Below are positions 51,901 to 61,042 of a stretch of 64,000 bases of DNA, piece by piece. The notes under the pieces are model-generated. The model was not told where the DNA came from, searched no databases, and saw only the letters and a program-made list of their open reading frames with translations. This DNA comes from an uncultured candidate division Zixibacteria bacterium (GTDB taxonomy: Bacteria > Zixibacteria > MSB-5A5 > UBA10806 > 4484-95), in assembly GCA_963668625.2 (NCBI GenBank), contig CAXXKA010000005.1, forward strand, positions 1 through 64,000, given 5' to 3'. The translations under genes and the position numbers were made by a program. Positions within the stretch are counted from its first letter, which is position 1. The number at the start of each line of letters is the position of its first letter.

Positions 51901-51992
51901 GTGGTATCGGTTCGGCTCCTTTTAGAGGTGATTGCGAGCCTTTGATTAATTTTATAGGTAGTCCTGCCGAAGATTTAATTAATGGTAAATAG
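48939..51992 (+). CDS. M14 zinc carboxypeptidase (carboxypeptidase T-like) with InhA-like beta domain, Ig/FN3 domains and dockerin-like tail
   Basis: HARE, NPDG, WRKNR, GVDLNRN, HSY and TTE motifs; WYDIETDWDYAYVE; GDANGDG...GDANGDC. Confidence 0.92.
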   Translation: MRKYIILILLVIISTTVSAADIYKQVRVTDFDRQAIEKLAVYDIVFVKPGEYIDIVLNEMEFEEFDRLAVNYEIIHDDLTSFYMNRIPMGTTMGGFHTYTETMAALDSLSTAYPALVTVKSSIGSTHDGNQLWVVKVSDNPYVDEDEPEIFINGLHHAREPITVEVCIEYIRTLAKNYGTDSEITDLVNNNEFFIMPIANPDGYEYNRQTNPSGGGMWRKNRKNNGDGYYGVDLNRNYPYHWGYDNSGSSGSTYSDTYRGDSPGSEPETQALMDFIIDHDFAWIMNFHSYASITIWSWNYYYGLCEDDDMYWELFGNYAEDTLGYDAGTAWQLLYTTNGDANDWAYGERIEKPKTFAITTEIGNSADGFWPEQARIPVLVAENIEALKNFSHKAYEIYKLRQPSIPEIISPDYAPTGQQFYIHWHTDEIDTFNTAIDYQVIERTGYRRNTNDCESIGDFTLDNFMLNSSRQYSGSYSLFSGSGDEYRATGTMLNRILVEPGDTLTFRTWYDIETDWDYAYVEASNDGGATWYPLDGNLSTSTNPNNHNEGHGITGSSSGWVLAKYYIDDYIGQEITIRFRYWTDHNTTNEGFYVDEIYPNDEYENTNILTTSVTAESLLVGPYSEDTRYFQVAGRDDRGDLSYLSNRFVVVIESGTIYLSGSVSLSDSPADLSGSIVSIAPAGKADTADVGGNYIIYDIPEGTYDITASHPGYYDSTVTGLYIDAATTLNFELEREPLAAPELIAPVNDDKLTNSSVYFNWSDITYATGYIIEIAEDPDFVSVIEFDSSLSVSEYTAAYLPNNRYYWRVSAFDLSQFSLNSSIQTFSVQVAWSASPPLLDQPENGYTTTATTMNFIWYEVTSAVNYLIEIAADDIFNSIVNYDSTITGGIYSADFSVGNTYWWRVKASNSGNAWTDYSEIRSFTIDGDPQFLPGDANGDGRVIGADVTYLVGYFRAINPAPEPFLAGDANGDCAVIGSDITYLVNYFRGIGSAPFRGDCEPLINFIGSPAEDLINGK

Positions 51993-53349
51993 CGATTTAT
52001 TGACACCCTTCCCGGGAGATGACGACGATCGAATCGTAGGCGAAAGCGACCTGGCGAGCGAATTAAGCCGTTTAAGTGATGCTAACAAACGCCTCAGGAG
52101 AAAAATATTCGATCACTATACCGTTTTTGAGATATCCCGCCATCTATCCTCGATGCTCGATACCGAATCGCTTATCGATGCTATTCTGCTAACCTGTTTG
52201 GGGCAGATGGGCGTGGAAAGCGCTGTGATTTTCCTTACCGACAACGATATGCAATACCTGAAAAATCCCCATATGAAAGGAATTGAAAACGATAATCTGA
52301 ATCGTATTAGAATCAATTATAGCAGCTCTCTGATAAAGCATCTACAGCAGTCCGGCAAACCAATGACAACGATCGAACTGACAGGGCATTTCAAGGATGA
52401 TATCGGTTTGATGGAGCTGATCAAGTATCTCGATATCAAATTAGCAGCGCCGCTTTTGATGAAGGACAGGCTTTTAGGTATCCTGTTTTTACCCCGCAAG
52501 ATGTCGAATGCCAACTATTACGAGAATGATCTCGAGTTTCTATCACTTCTAATGAATCAACTCTCGGTCGCCCTGGAAAACGCCCAGCTTTACGAGCGCG
52601 AACGCGATATAAACGAACAACTTCAGCAAACACAAAAACTCCTGGTTGAAACCGAGAAGATGGCCGCTCTGGGTAAACTCTCGGCCTCGATTGCGCACGA
52701 GGTTAATAATCCGTTGGGGATTATCAGTAACTATCTCCAAATACTCTCCATGCGCAAAGTCCCCGAGGATTTATACGATAACTACATCAAAATCCTCAAA
52801 GAGGAGGTAAACCGCATTGCCGGTATCGTTCGCCAATTGCTGGCGTTCTACAGACCTCATCAACAGCAAATGGCAATAATTGATATAAACAAGGTAATCG
52901 CCGAATCCCTGACATTGCTGTCGAACCAGCTTTCTAACGCCAATATCAATGTCATGCTCGATACCAAACAAGATTTGCCTAAAATACTGGGCTCATCCGA
53001 AAAATTAAAACAGGTATTACTGAATTTAATAATGAACGCTAAAGATTTTATGCAAAAAGGCGGCGATATCTCTATCGTTGCCAGGAAAACAGCCGAGGAT
53101 ATAGTTATAGATGTTAAAGACACCGGAACGGGTATCGCCGAAAGTAATTTTAGCGTGCTTTTCGAGCCGTTTTTTACCACTAAACAAAAAGAGGGTACAG
53201 GCCTGGGGCTGGCCGTGTGTTATGGCATAATCAAATCGCACAAGGGAACAATTACCGCCTCAAATAACGAAAAAGGCGGTGCGACATTCACCATTAAACT
53301 ACCAATAGTAAATGAAGATGATGCAACCAACGAAAATTTTATTAATTGA
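51982..53349 (+). CDS. GAF-domain sensor histidine kinase
   Basis: EKMAALG...AHEVNNPL H-box; N, G1, F and G2 boxes. Confidence 0.92.
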   Translation: MVNSDLLTPFPGDDDDRIVGESDLASELSRLSDANKRLRRKIFDHYTVFEISRHLSSMLDTESLIDAILLTCLGQMGVESAVIFLTDNDMQYLKNPHMKGIENDNLNRIRINYSSSLIKHLQQSGKPMTTIELTGHFKDDIGLMELIKYLDIKLAAPLLMKDRLLGILFLPRKMSNANYYENDLEFLSLLMNQLSVALENAQLYERERDINEQLQQTQKLLVETEKMAALGKLSASIAHEVNNPLGIISNYLQILSMRKVPEDLYDNYIKILKEEVNRIAGIVRQLLAFYRPHQQQMAIIDINKVIAESLTLLSNQLSNANINVMLDTKQDLPKILGSSEKLKQVLLNLIMNAKDFMQKGGDISIVARKTAEDIVIDVKDTGTGIAESNFSVLFEPFFTTKQKEGTGLGLAVCYGIIKSHKGTITASNNEKGGATFTIKLPIVNEDDATNENFIN

Positions 53350-55402
53350 TGACGAAGAACGCATGTGCGAAAGCCTCAAAACCCTTCTGGAGATGGAGGG
53401 CTACGAGGTTCAATCGTTTACCGATTCGGTAGAAGCGATTAAATCTTTTCCCGGCAGTAAGTTCGATCTGGTTATAAGCGATATAAAAATGCCCGGCGTG
53501 GATGGCCTGGAGATACTGAAAAAAGCCCATGAGCATGATCCTTATCTGGAGGTCATTCTTATGACCGGCTACGCCTCGCTTCAATCGGCAAAAGACGCTG
53601 TCGATAAAGGCGCTTTTAGCTATCTCACCAAACCGCTGGAGTTCGAGGAACTCAAAATTTCGGTAACCCGCTCTTTGGAAAAACGCCAGATAGCGCTCGA
53701 AAAAGACCGCCTGCTTTCGGAACTGAAAAAAGCTAATATTCTCTTAGAGCAAAAATTAGCCGAAATCGATGCTCTTTACAGCGCCGGTACGATTTTAGCC
53801 AGCACTATCGATCTAACCGAGACATTAAGCCAGATATTATCACTGGCAATCGATGTCATAGGTGCGAAAATCGGTTCGGTGATGATTCTCGATCACGAGA
53901 AAAACGAGCTTTATATCGGCGCCGCCTGTGGTCTCTCCGAGGAGATAGTCCTCAATACGAGAATGAAACTCGGCAGTTCGATTGCCGGACATGTCGCTAA
54001 ATCCGGTGAACCTCTGGTAGTGGAGAATATAGAAAAGGATTCTCGATTCTCCCGCATAAACCGTCAACATTATGAATCTAAATCCTTGATCTCAGTGCCA
54101 TTGAAATATAAGGGACAGATTCACGGCGTGATAAATCTCAACAATAAATTGTCAGGCACGAATTTCACCGAGCATGATTTGAAAGTACTGACAACTTTCG
54201 CCTCGCAAGCCGCAATTGCGGTGGATCGAGCCACGGTGTTTCACGACCGCGGTGAAAAAATAAACGAGTTAACAATCTTACTTGACATAGCACGGGATAT
54301 ATCTTTGGTGGATAAACCCTCAAAAATAGGGGATATCATCCTTAAACAATTGCGCAAACTCATTCACATTGAGGCGATTACATGGTATTCCTACTCCGAT
54401 AGAGCAAAACTTTTCAGATTGGAATTTGCTAATAGCACTCCAGGTAACGAATATAATTATGGTTCACTGGGCGAACTGGAAATAAATAAAGAGGTTATAG
54501 GTTCGCTTAAGTCGGACGATATAGATTTTATAAGAGATAAAATAATGAAAGCGTTTGCAGAGAATCACCCCGAACGCAAGGTTGCAATTGAAGTAATACC
54601 AGTACAAATGCATGGGGCGATTAGCAATCTTATGGTCATTATTTCTGAACAGGAAATTGACTCGGCCGCTAAAAACCTGGCAACTCTGGTAGCCAATCAG
54701 GCTGCCGCTGTTTATGAACGCCAGAAAGCGGTAAGCAGCGGAATGAAACTGGTAACAATGGGTAAGATGATCTCGGAAATTTGCCACGACTTGAAAAAGC
54801 CCCTGACTAATTTAAAGGGCAATGTTCAGGTATATCGCAATAAAATAAAAGGCAAAGAGGCTGATGAGTTCTTCGATAGCTCGAATAAAGAGATCAATCG
54901 ATTGAACGATCTGGTTATGGAGATGGTCGATTTCGCTAATCCCAACAAGTACAGCACTCAGAAAGAGGATATCGAACTGTTGGTTGAGAAAGCGGTTAAA
55001 CTTCTCGAACGAGATATCGATCGGAAAAATATCAAACTGAGCATCTCGAAAGAAAAAGATACCCCAAAAGTCATAATAAACAATAAAGAGATATTCGAGG
55101 TATTGATCAATATCATGCTTAACGGTATCGAGGCGATGGATCCCGGAGGCAGCCTGGGTATTTCTATCGGCAGGCATCCCGAATCGGAGCCTTATGTCAG
55201 GCTCGCGATCTCGGATACCGGTTGTGGTATTCCCGAGGAGGATTGGGCTCGCGTATTCGATAGATACTATACCACTAAAGAAACAGGTACCGGTCTGGGC
55301 CTGGCGATTGTCGAAAGAGTAGTGGATGCCCATAGTGGTAAGATGTCGGTAAACAGTGAAATGGGAAAAGGTACAACATTCAATATAGATTTACCCGTGT
55401 AA
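53312..55402 (+). CDS. Hybrid REC-GAF-histidine kinase
   Basis: LLIDD...SDIKMP...KP receiver; GAF; CHDLKKPL H-box; GTGLGL. Confidence 0.92.
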   Translation: MKMMQPTKILLIDDEERMCESLKTLLEMEGYEVQSFTDSVEAIKSFPGSKFDLVISDIKMPGVDGLEILKKAHEHDPYLEVILMTGYASLQSAKDAVDKGAFSYLTKPLEFEELKISVTRSLEKRQIALEKDRLLSELKKANILLEQKLAEIDALYSAGTILASTIDLTETLSQILSLAIDVIGAKIGSVMILDHEKNELYIGAACGLSEEIVLNTRMKLGSSIAGHVAKSGEPLVVENIEKDSRFSRINRQHYESKSLISVPLKYKGQIHGVINLNNKLSGTNFTEHDLKVLTTFASQAAIAVDRATVFHDRGEKINELTILLDIARDISLVDKPSKIGDIILKQLRKLIHIEAITWYSYSDRAKLFRLEFANSTPGNEYNYGSLGELEINKEVIGSLKSDDIDFIRDKIMKAFAENHPERKVAIEVIPVQMHGAISNLMVIISEQEIDSAAKNLATLVANQAAAVYERQKAVSSGMKLVTMGKMISEICHDLKKPLTNLKGNVQVYRNKIKGKEADEFFDSSNKEINRLNDLVMEMVDFANPNKYSTQKEDIELLVEKAVKLLERDIDRKNIKLSISKEKDTPKVIINNKEIFEVLINIMLNGIEAMDPGGSLGISIGRHPESEPYVRLAISDTGCGIPEEDWARVFDRYYTTKETGTGLGLAIVERVVDAHSGKMSVNSEMGKGTTFNIDLPV

Positions 55403-55406
55403 TATT

Positions 55407-56804
55407 ATGAGTGATAAAAATGTAAAAATACTGATCATCGATGATGATCCAAAGGTGCCCTGGATTATAACCGAGGGACTGGGTGATGAATACGAGATAA
55501 ACTCCGCCCGTGATGGACAGGAAGCTTTGTCGATTCTATCCCAGAAAGATAATGCGAATAAGCCCGATTTGATCCTCCTGGATATCAAGATGCCGGGACA
55601 ATCGGGGCTGGAAGTGCTGGAAAAAATCAAGAAGGTCGACTCGAATCTGGATGTCATGATGCTTTCGGGCCATGGTGATACCCAGAATATCGTCGACTCG
55701 ATTAAAAAAGGCGCCGCAGAATTTATACCCAAGCCTTTCGATGTGAAAGAGCTGGAAATTCATATTCGTACCGTGCTGGAAAAAAAGAGGCTCAAACTAG
55801 AGATCACCGATCTCAAAAAGAAAATCCGTGAAAGCCAGCATGAGATGTTAGTCGGCGATACCGAACCGATGCTTAAAGTTAAAAGCATCGTCGAGCAAAT
55901 CTCACCGAGTGATTTGACCGTGCTGATTCGAGGTGAGTCGGGTACCGGTAAGGAAATTATCGCCCGCATGATTCACAATATGTCGCCGCGAAAGAATGAA
56001 CCGTTCGTTAAGGTCAATTGCGCCGCTATTCCCCGCGAACTTCTAGAGGCCGAGCTTTTCGGTTATGAGAGAGGTGCGTTTACCGGCGCTAACAAAACCA
56101 AACCGGGACGGTTCGAGGTTGCCAACAAAGGCACAATGTTCCTGGATGAGATAGGCGACATGCAAATCGAACTGCAAACAAAACTGCTGCAGGTTCTTGA
56201 ACAGCACGAATTCGTCCGGGTCGGTGGTATTAGCAATATCCATGTAGATGTTAGAATCGTCTGCGCTACCAACAAAAATCTCGAGGAGGCCATGGAAACC
56301 AAAGAGATGCGCAACGATCTCTATTACCGTCTGAACGAAATTACGGTAAATCTGCCGCCTCTGCGCGACCGCCGCGATGATATACCGTTGCTGGCCGAGC
56401 ATTTCCTCCAGAAATACTCTCTTCTGTATGATAAAGAACAAAAAAGCGTGCGCTCGGAAACCATGAAACATATGGTGAATTTCCAGTGGCCCGGCAATGT
56501 CCGCCAATTGGAGAACCTGATTAAGCAAATCGTGGTCAGGGGGGATGAGAATATCATCTATGAGACGCTAAAAGGGCCTATCCCGACTCCTGACAAGCAG
56601 GAAAACGCCTTCCCTATAAGCTATGAGGATGGCGATTATACGTTGAAAGATAAAGTCAGCAAAGTGGTTACCGAGGTGGAGAAAAACCTGATAAGTCGCG
56701 TTCTGGTGAAAACCAATTGGAATAGGCGCAAGGCCGCCAAGCTCTTAGATATAAGTTACAGATCGCTGTTGTACAAAATAAAAGACTATAAGATCATTGA
56801 TTAA
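55407..56804 (+). CDS. sigma54-dependent response regulator (NtrC/AtoC family)
   Basis: REC domain; GESGTGKE; GAFTGA; FLDEIG; WPGNVRQL; Fis-type HTH. Confidence 0.95.
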   Translation: MSDKNVKILIIDDDPKVPWIITEGLGDEYEINSARDGQEALSILSQKDNANKPDLILLDIKMPGQSGLEVLEKIKKVDSNLDVMMLSGHGDTQNIVDSIKKGAAEFIPKPFDVKELEIHIRTVLEKKRLKLEITDLKKKIRESQHEMLVGDTEPMLKVKSIVEQISPSDLTVLIRGESGTGKEIIARMIHNMSPRKNEPFVKVNCAAIPRELLEAELFGYERGAFTGANKTKPGRFEVANKGTMFLDEIGDMQIELQTKLLQVLEQHEFVRVGGISNIHVDVRIVCATNKNLEEAMETKEMRNDLYYRLNEITVNLPPLRDRRDDIPLLAEHFLQKYSLLYDKEQKSVRSETMKHMVNFQWPGNVRQLENLIKQIVVRGDENIIYETLKGPIPTPDKQENAFPISYEDGDYTLKDKVSKVVTEVEKNLISRVLVKTNWNRRKAAKLLDISYRSLLYKIKDYKIID

Positions 56805-56807
56805 TAG

Positions 56808-56836
56808 TGTGCAATATTTGTGCAATAGCCTGCAAT
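56808..56836 (+). promoter_or_regulatory. Candidate enhancer (UAS) for the sigma54 activator
   Basis: Three TGCAAT repeats, including TGCA-N7-TGCA, ~130-160 bp upstream of a -24/-12 promoter. Confidence 0.45.
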
Positions 56837-56964
56837 GAATGTCGATGATACTTTGGTAGAAATGATTTTAAGGACAATCTGAAGGGATAAGGTAAGTCTT
56901 TAGTAACTAACAAGTAATGCCTAAGTTGATAATCCTGTAGAAATTCTTATTACGGGAACATAAG

Positions 56965-56980
56965 TGGCATTATATTTGCA
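56965..56980 (+). promoter_or_regulatory. sigma54 (-24/-12) promoter
   Basis: TGGCATTATATTTGCA with exact GG-N10-GC spacing. Confidence 0.8.
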
Positions 56981-57009
56981 ATTAAAAAAGGCAATAAGTT
57001 AATTAAAAG

Positions 57010-57498
57010 ATGTTAAACGAAGTGGTTCCCATCATGGATAAAGAAACAAGACTGATTGATCGTATTTACAGCGCACCGGAAAATTTCTTGAGCAGAGTTA
57101 GCCAGGAACTAAAACGAGCCCAACGTTACCTGAGCTTTGTCTCATACCTGAATATCGACACCAAACATCTGGGGGTAAACGAAGATTCATCGAACGGTGG
57201 CATATCGCTGGAGGTTTACGATAAAATCCGGCAACACATAAGAAACTCGATCAGGCAAACCGATATAGTCTCGGGTTTCCAGGATGGCAGAGTCAGCGTT
57301 CTTCTGGTTGAAACAAACAAGCCGGGTGCTGAAATCGTTCGCAACAGGCTGCAGCAAAGTATCAAATATTACCTTCACGAAATAGTCGAATCCCCGATGA
57401 ATTGGAAAGTCAATATAAAAACCGGCAGTTTCCCGGATGACGAGCACACTCCCAATTCATTTTATCAAAAAATTAACTCGACTCTCTCAGAAGAATAG
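57010..57498 (+). CDS. Degenerate stand-alone GGDEF-like domain protein
   Basis: 'ELKRAQRY', 'IRQTDIV', 'LLVET...GAEIVRNRL', 'FPDD'; the GGDEF motif is replaced by QDGRV. Confidence 0.7.
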   Translation: MLNEVVPIMDKETRLIDRIYSAPENFLSRVSQELKRAQRYLSFVSYLNIDTKHLGVNEDSSNGGISLEVYDKIRQHIRNSIRQTDIVSGFQDGRVSVLLVETNKPGAEIVRNRLQQSIKYYLHEIVESPMNWKVNIKTGSFPDDEHTPNSFYQKINSTLSEE

Positions 57499-57532
57499 TT
57501 TACTATTACTTAATCAAGTATATAGGATTTAT

Positions 57533-57556
57533 TCAGGCTGTTTAAGCCTGATTTTT
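57533..57556 (+). terminator. Rho-independent terminator
   Basis: TCAGGCT-GTTTA-AGCCTGA followed by TTTTT. Confidence 0.65.
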
Positions 57557-57574
57557 GTAATTTTATGGGTGATT

Positions 57575-59410
57575 ATGACACAAACTTTCAATGACAGACT
57601 TAAAGCCGGTATCATCATTTGTGATGGCGGCATGGGCACCTATTTAAATCAGATGGGAATTTCATACGACCATTGTTTCGATGAGTTAAACCTGTCGCGC
57701 CCGGAGTTAATCGGTGATGTTCATGGCCGGTATATCAATGCCGGCGCAGAGATAATCGAGACCAATACTTTCGGGGGCAATGCCATCAGGTTGGCCTCCC
57801 ACGCATTGGAAAAGAAAGTACGCGAGATCAATATCAAGGCCGCAAAAATCGCTCGCGAATCACGCGATATTTCCGGTCAGGATATCCTGATTGCCGGCTC
57901 GATCGGACCGCTGGGAAAACATCTGGAGCCATTCGGTAAGATAAGCCATCAAGAGGCAGCCGAAATTTACACCGAGCAAATAGAGGCATTACTCGAGGGC
58001 GGAGTAGACCTGTTTATTGTCGAAACCCTATCGAATCTCGAGGAGATGGAGATAGTCATAAAGGCGATAAAAAATATCAGCGAACTGCCTATCATTGCCC
58101 AGATGACATACACTGCCGAGGGTAAAACCTTATTAGGAAATACTCCAGAGGAATCAGTCGCTCGCCTGGCGCCGCTGGGGGTGGATGTTATCGGTGCGAA
58201 CTGCTCCGTAGGGCCGCAGAAAATGCTGGAGGTTATCCAGCAACTGGCAGAGCTCGGCACGGCTTATATATCCGCTCAACCCAACGCCGGATTACCGAGA
58301 TTGTATAGCGGGCGGTTCGTATATTTCTCATCCCCCGACTATTTCGGCGAGTATGCCCTGAGATTCGTCGAGGCGGGCGCTACCGTATTAGGCGGATGCT
58401 GTGGCACCACGCCTGAGCATATCAAGGCGGTATCGGAGGCCTTGAAGGATGTTCACCCGATACGCAAGGAGCAAACATCCGCTGTTACCTCGATTAAAGT
58501 AAAGACTGTTCAGCCTGCCAAACCCATCGAGAAAGTCTCGCCGTTTCTTGAGAAATTCAAACGTAAGTTCGTTATCTCGGTGGAGATCGATCCGCCTAAA
58601 GGTACGACACCCGATAAACTCATACGCGTGGCCGGTGAACTGAAAGAGGCCGGTTCGGATGCCGTCAACATAGCCGATTCGCCTATGGCGCGTGTGCGCA
58701 TGTCCTGCCTGGCATTAGCTTACCTCATAAAACAACATGTTGATATCGATATAGTTCTGCATTTCACCACCCGCGATCGCAACCTGATGGGACTGCAATC
58801 GGATCTTCTGGGGGCGAACGCCATCGGTATACGCGATATCCTGGCCCTTACCGGAGACCCGCCGCATGTCGGTGACTACCCGCACGCCACGGCTGTCTAT
58901 GATGTCGACTCTATCGGTCTGGTGAGTATCATCACCAAGTTAAACTCGGGGTTCGATTTCGCCGGTAACTCTATAGGCAAACCCACCCAGCTATCCATAG
59001 GCGTGGCCGCGAATCCGACCTCGCCCGATATCGAGCTGGAAATGGCCCGCTTAGAACGCAAGATCGCCGCCGGAGCGCAATATATATTCACTCAACCGAT
59101 GTATGATATCGATACGATTAACGGCTTCCTCGAAAAGATATCGCAGTTCTCATTGCCGATAATGCTGGGAATACTCCCGCTTGTCAGCTACAAGCATGCC
59201 GAGTTCATGCATCACGAGGTGCCAGGTATACTAATCCCCGATAATATTCGCCAGAGAATGAATAAAGCCGGGGAGAGATCAGCCGAGGAAGGCGCGGTTA
59301 TCTCATTGGAGATTATCGAAAAGATTAAACAGTCGGTGGCCGGATTATACCTGATGCCCTCATTCGGAAAATACGACACCTGCCGGGATATTATTAAAGA
59401 GATAGTTTAG
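57575..59410 (+). CDS. yitJ: Bifunctional homocysteine S-methyltransferase / methylenetetrahydrofolate reductase
   Basis: DGGMGT, ETNTFG, GANC and GGCCGT (HMT domain) fused to VEIDPPKG, RDRN, LTGDPP and TQP (MTHFR domain). ATG 57575 preferred. Confidence 0.9.
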   Translation: MTQTFNDRLKAGIIICDGGMGTYLNQMGISYDHCFDELNLSRPELIGDVHGRYINAGAEIIETNTFGGNAIRLASHALEKKVREINIKAAKIARESRDISGQDILIAGSIGPLGKHLEPFGKISHQEAAEIYTEQIEALLEGGVDLFIVETLSNLEEMEIVIKAIKNISELPIIAQMTYTAEGKTLLGNTPEESVARLAPLGVDVIGANCSVGPQKMLEVIQQLAELGTAYISAQPNAGLPRLYSGRFVYFSSPDYFGEYALRFVEAGATVLGGCCGTTPEHIKAVSEALKDVHPIRKEQTSAVTSIKVKTVQPAKPIEKVSPFLEKFKRKFVISVEIDPPKGTTPDKLIRVAGELKEAGSDAVNIADSPMARVRMSCLALAYLIKQHVDIDIVLHFTTRDRNLMGLQSDLLGANAIGIRDILALTGDPPHVGDYPHATAVYDVDSIGLVSIITKLNSGFDFAGNSIGKPTQLSIGVAANPTSPDIELEMARLERKIAAGAQYIFTQPMYDIDTINGFLEKISQFSLPIMLGILPLVSYKHAEFMHHEVPGILIPDNIRQRMNKAGERSAEEGAVISLEIIEKIKQSVAGLYLMPSFGKYDTCRDIIKEIV

Positions 59411-59466
59411 TTATTTATTCTAACCATATTGCCCCAGAGTCATTATCAATAGTTGTATAAATTTTT

Positions 59467-59493
59467 CTCGTTACGAAGCGCTGCTTCGTAACG
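59467..59493. repeat. Solo REP-like palindrome related to the MITE interior
   Basis: CTCGTTACGAAGCGCTGCTTCGTAACG versus CTCGTTGCGAAGCGCTGCTTCTCAACG in MITE copy 2. Confidence 0.65.
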
Positions 59494-59917
59494 CTGCTGA
59501 ATACCAGTAGTAAAATTATCAGTTGTAGACCGCTAATCAAATGAGGTTCTAAAGCATTGGAAAGTGTAACGGATGTCATGAGACAATGTTTAACATATCT
59601 ATTACCAAAGAGCGGGCAAGCTTTACCCCTACAAAATAGCATACAATTGCTGAAAGCATGCAGGGCTAAAGTTCACTTTTGCCTTTAAAGAACAGCTTTC
59701 TAACTGCGCAATTACCCCTTAAATCATTCCCCAAAGCGCCATGCCAAAATTATTGCCTTATAAAAATATATACTTCTTAAAAATAATTTTCCAACATCAA
59801 TATACTATTAGCATATATATCTCTTAGTTTGTATTAATCTTATAAAAAGACCCTCGATTTAGCAATCATTCTCGCTTGTGCCACTTTTCACAAGCCTTTA
59901 TTTTTTAAGCATTTAGC

Positions 59918-59946
59918 TTGACTTATATAAGGCAATATTTTAGCTT
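59918..59946 (+). promoter_or_regulatory. sigma70-type promoter
   Basis: TTGACT-17-TAGCTT ~100 bp upstream of 60046. Confidence 0.45.
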
Positions 59947-60045
59947 AGTAAGTCTTTTGAAAATATAATAAGAACAACGCGTAATCAGATCAGTAAAACA
60001 GTTTGTGTTTAAATCAATCAATAAAGACAAAGGGTATCGAGCCAA

Positions 60046-61029
60046 TTGAAACATAAGGAAAGGCTTGCCGGATTACTGAGGGGCGATAAGATAGACCGCA
60101 CCCCGGTATCCGCCTGGAATCATTTCTACGATCAGGAAACCAACGCCGAGAATCTCGCTAAAGCGATGCTTTCATTTCAGCAGAGATATGATTGGGATTT
60201 CATGAAAATAAATCCCCGCGCCACGTATTATGTGGAGGACTGGGGCGTTAAAATGAAATTCCTCGGCCGTGAAAACGGGAAACATCTCAGACTGGAAAGC
60301 CCGGTTAAAAGTTCGGATGATTGGCTAAATATCAAGACGCTCGATATCAAAGCGGGGGCATACGGTGAACAACTTAAAGCTGTCAACCTCATTAAAGATG
60401 GCCTGAGGGGGAATCTTCACTTTTTCCAGACCGTCTTCTCACCACTATCGGTAGCCGCCGACTTATGCGAATCAGATGAGGCTTTCATCACCCTGATGAA
60501 CGACAGCACAAACCTTGAATCCGCGCTTGAACAGATTACTATATCGCTTGAAAATTATGTCGAGAAACTGATGAATATCGGCGTGACCGGAATATATTTC
60601 GCCACCACCGAATGGGCCAGCCGTAACAATATCAGCGAGGAACAATACGCGCTATACGGCGAACCCTTCGATCTTCGCGTGCTGGCCAGGGCTAAATCGG
60701 CCGAGATAAATATCCTTCACGTGTGCATGGAATATAACATGCTGCCATTATTCAAAAACTATCCGTTCGATATACTAAGTTGGAATAAATTCGAGCCGGG
60801 CAATATGGATTTTAGCCAGGCCGATAAGATTTTCACCCAACCGTTTCTAGGCGGATTGGATCACCTCGGTACGCTTCTTACCGGTACGCCGAATGATGTC
60901 ATTACCCAGGCGCGCGAGTCTATCGCGGAGGCAGGGCGACATCCGTTTATGCTGGCGCCGGGATGTACCATGAAATTGGGCACCTCACCGGAGAACGTCG
61001 AGGCGATAGGTCAAGCTGTTAGAGGATAA
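60046..61029 (+). CDS. Uroporphyrinogen decarboxylase / MtaA-CmuA superfamily protein
   Basis: DRTPV..W.HF, QTVFSP, ILHVC, GGLD and LAPGC motifs; lacks the HemE RQAGR motif. Confidence 0.8.
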   Translation: MKHKERLAGLLRGDKIDRTPVSAWNHFYDQETNAENLAKAMLSFQQRYDWDFMKINPRATYYVEDWGVKMKFLGRENGKHLRLESPVKSSDDWLNIKTLDIKAGAYGEQLKAVNLIKDGLRGNLHFFQTVFSPLSVAADLCESDEAFITLMNDSTNLESALEQITISLENYVEKLMNIGVTGIYFATTEWASRNNISEEQYALYGEPFDLRVLARAKSAEINILHVCMEYNMLPLFKNYPFDILSWNKFEPGNMDFSQADKIFTQPFLGGLDHLGTLLTGTPNDVITQARESIAEAGRHPFMLAPGCTMKLGTSPENVEAIGQAVRG

Positions 61030-61042
61030 AAGGAGATACCAT

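Noticed and set aside
59735-59885. TGGCA motifs on the minus strand as sigma54 promoters
   Set aside because: GG-N10-GC spacing is not satisfied.
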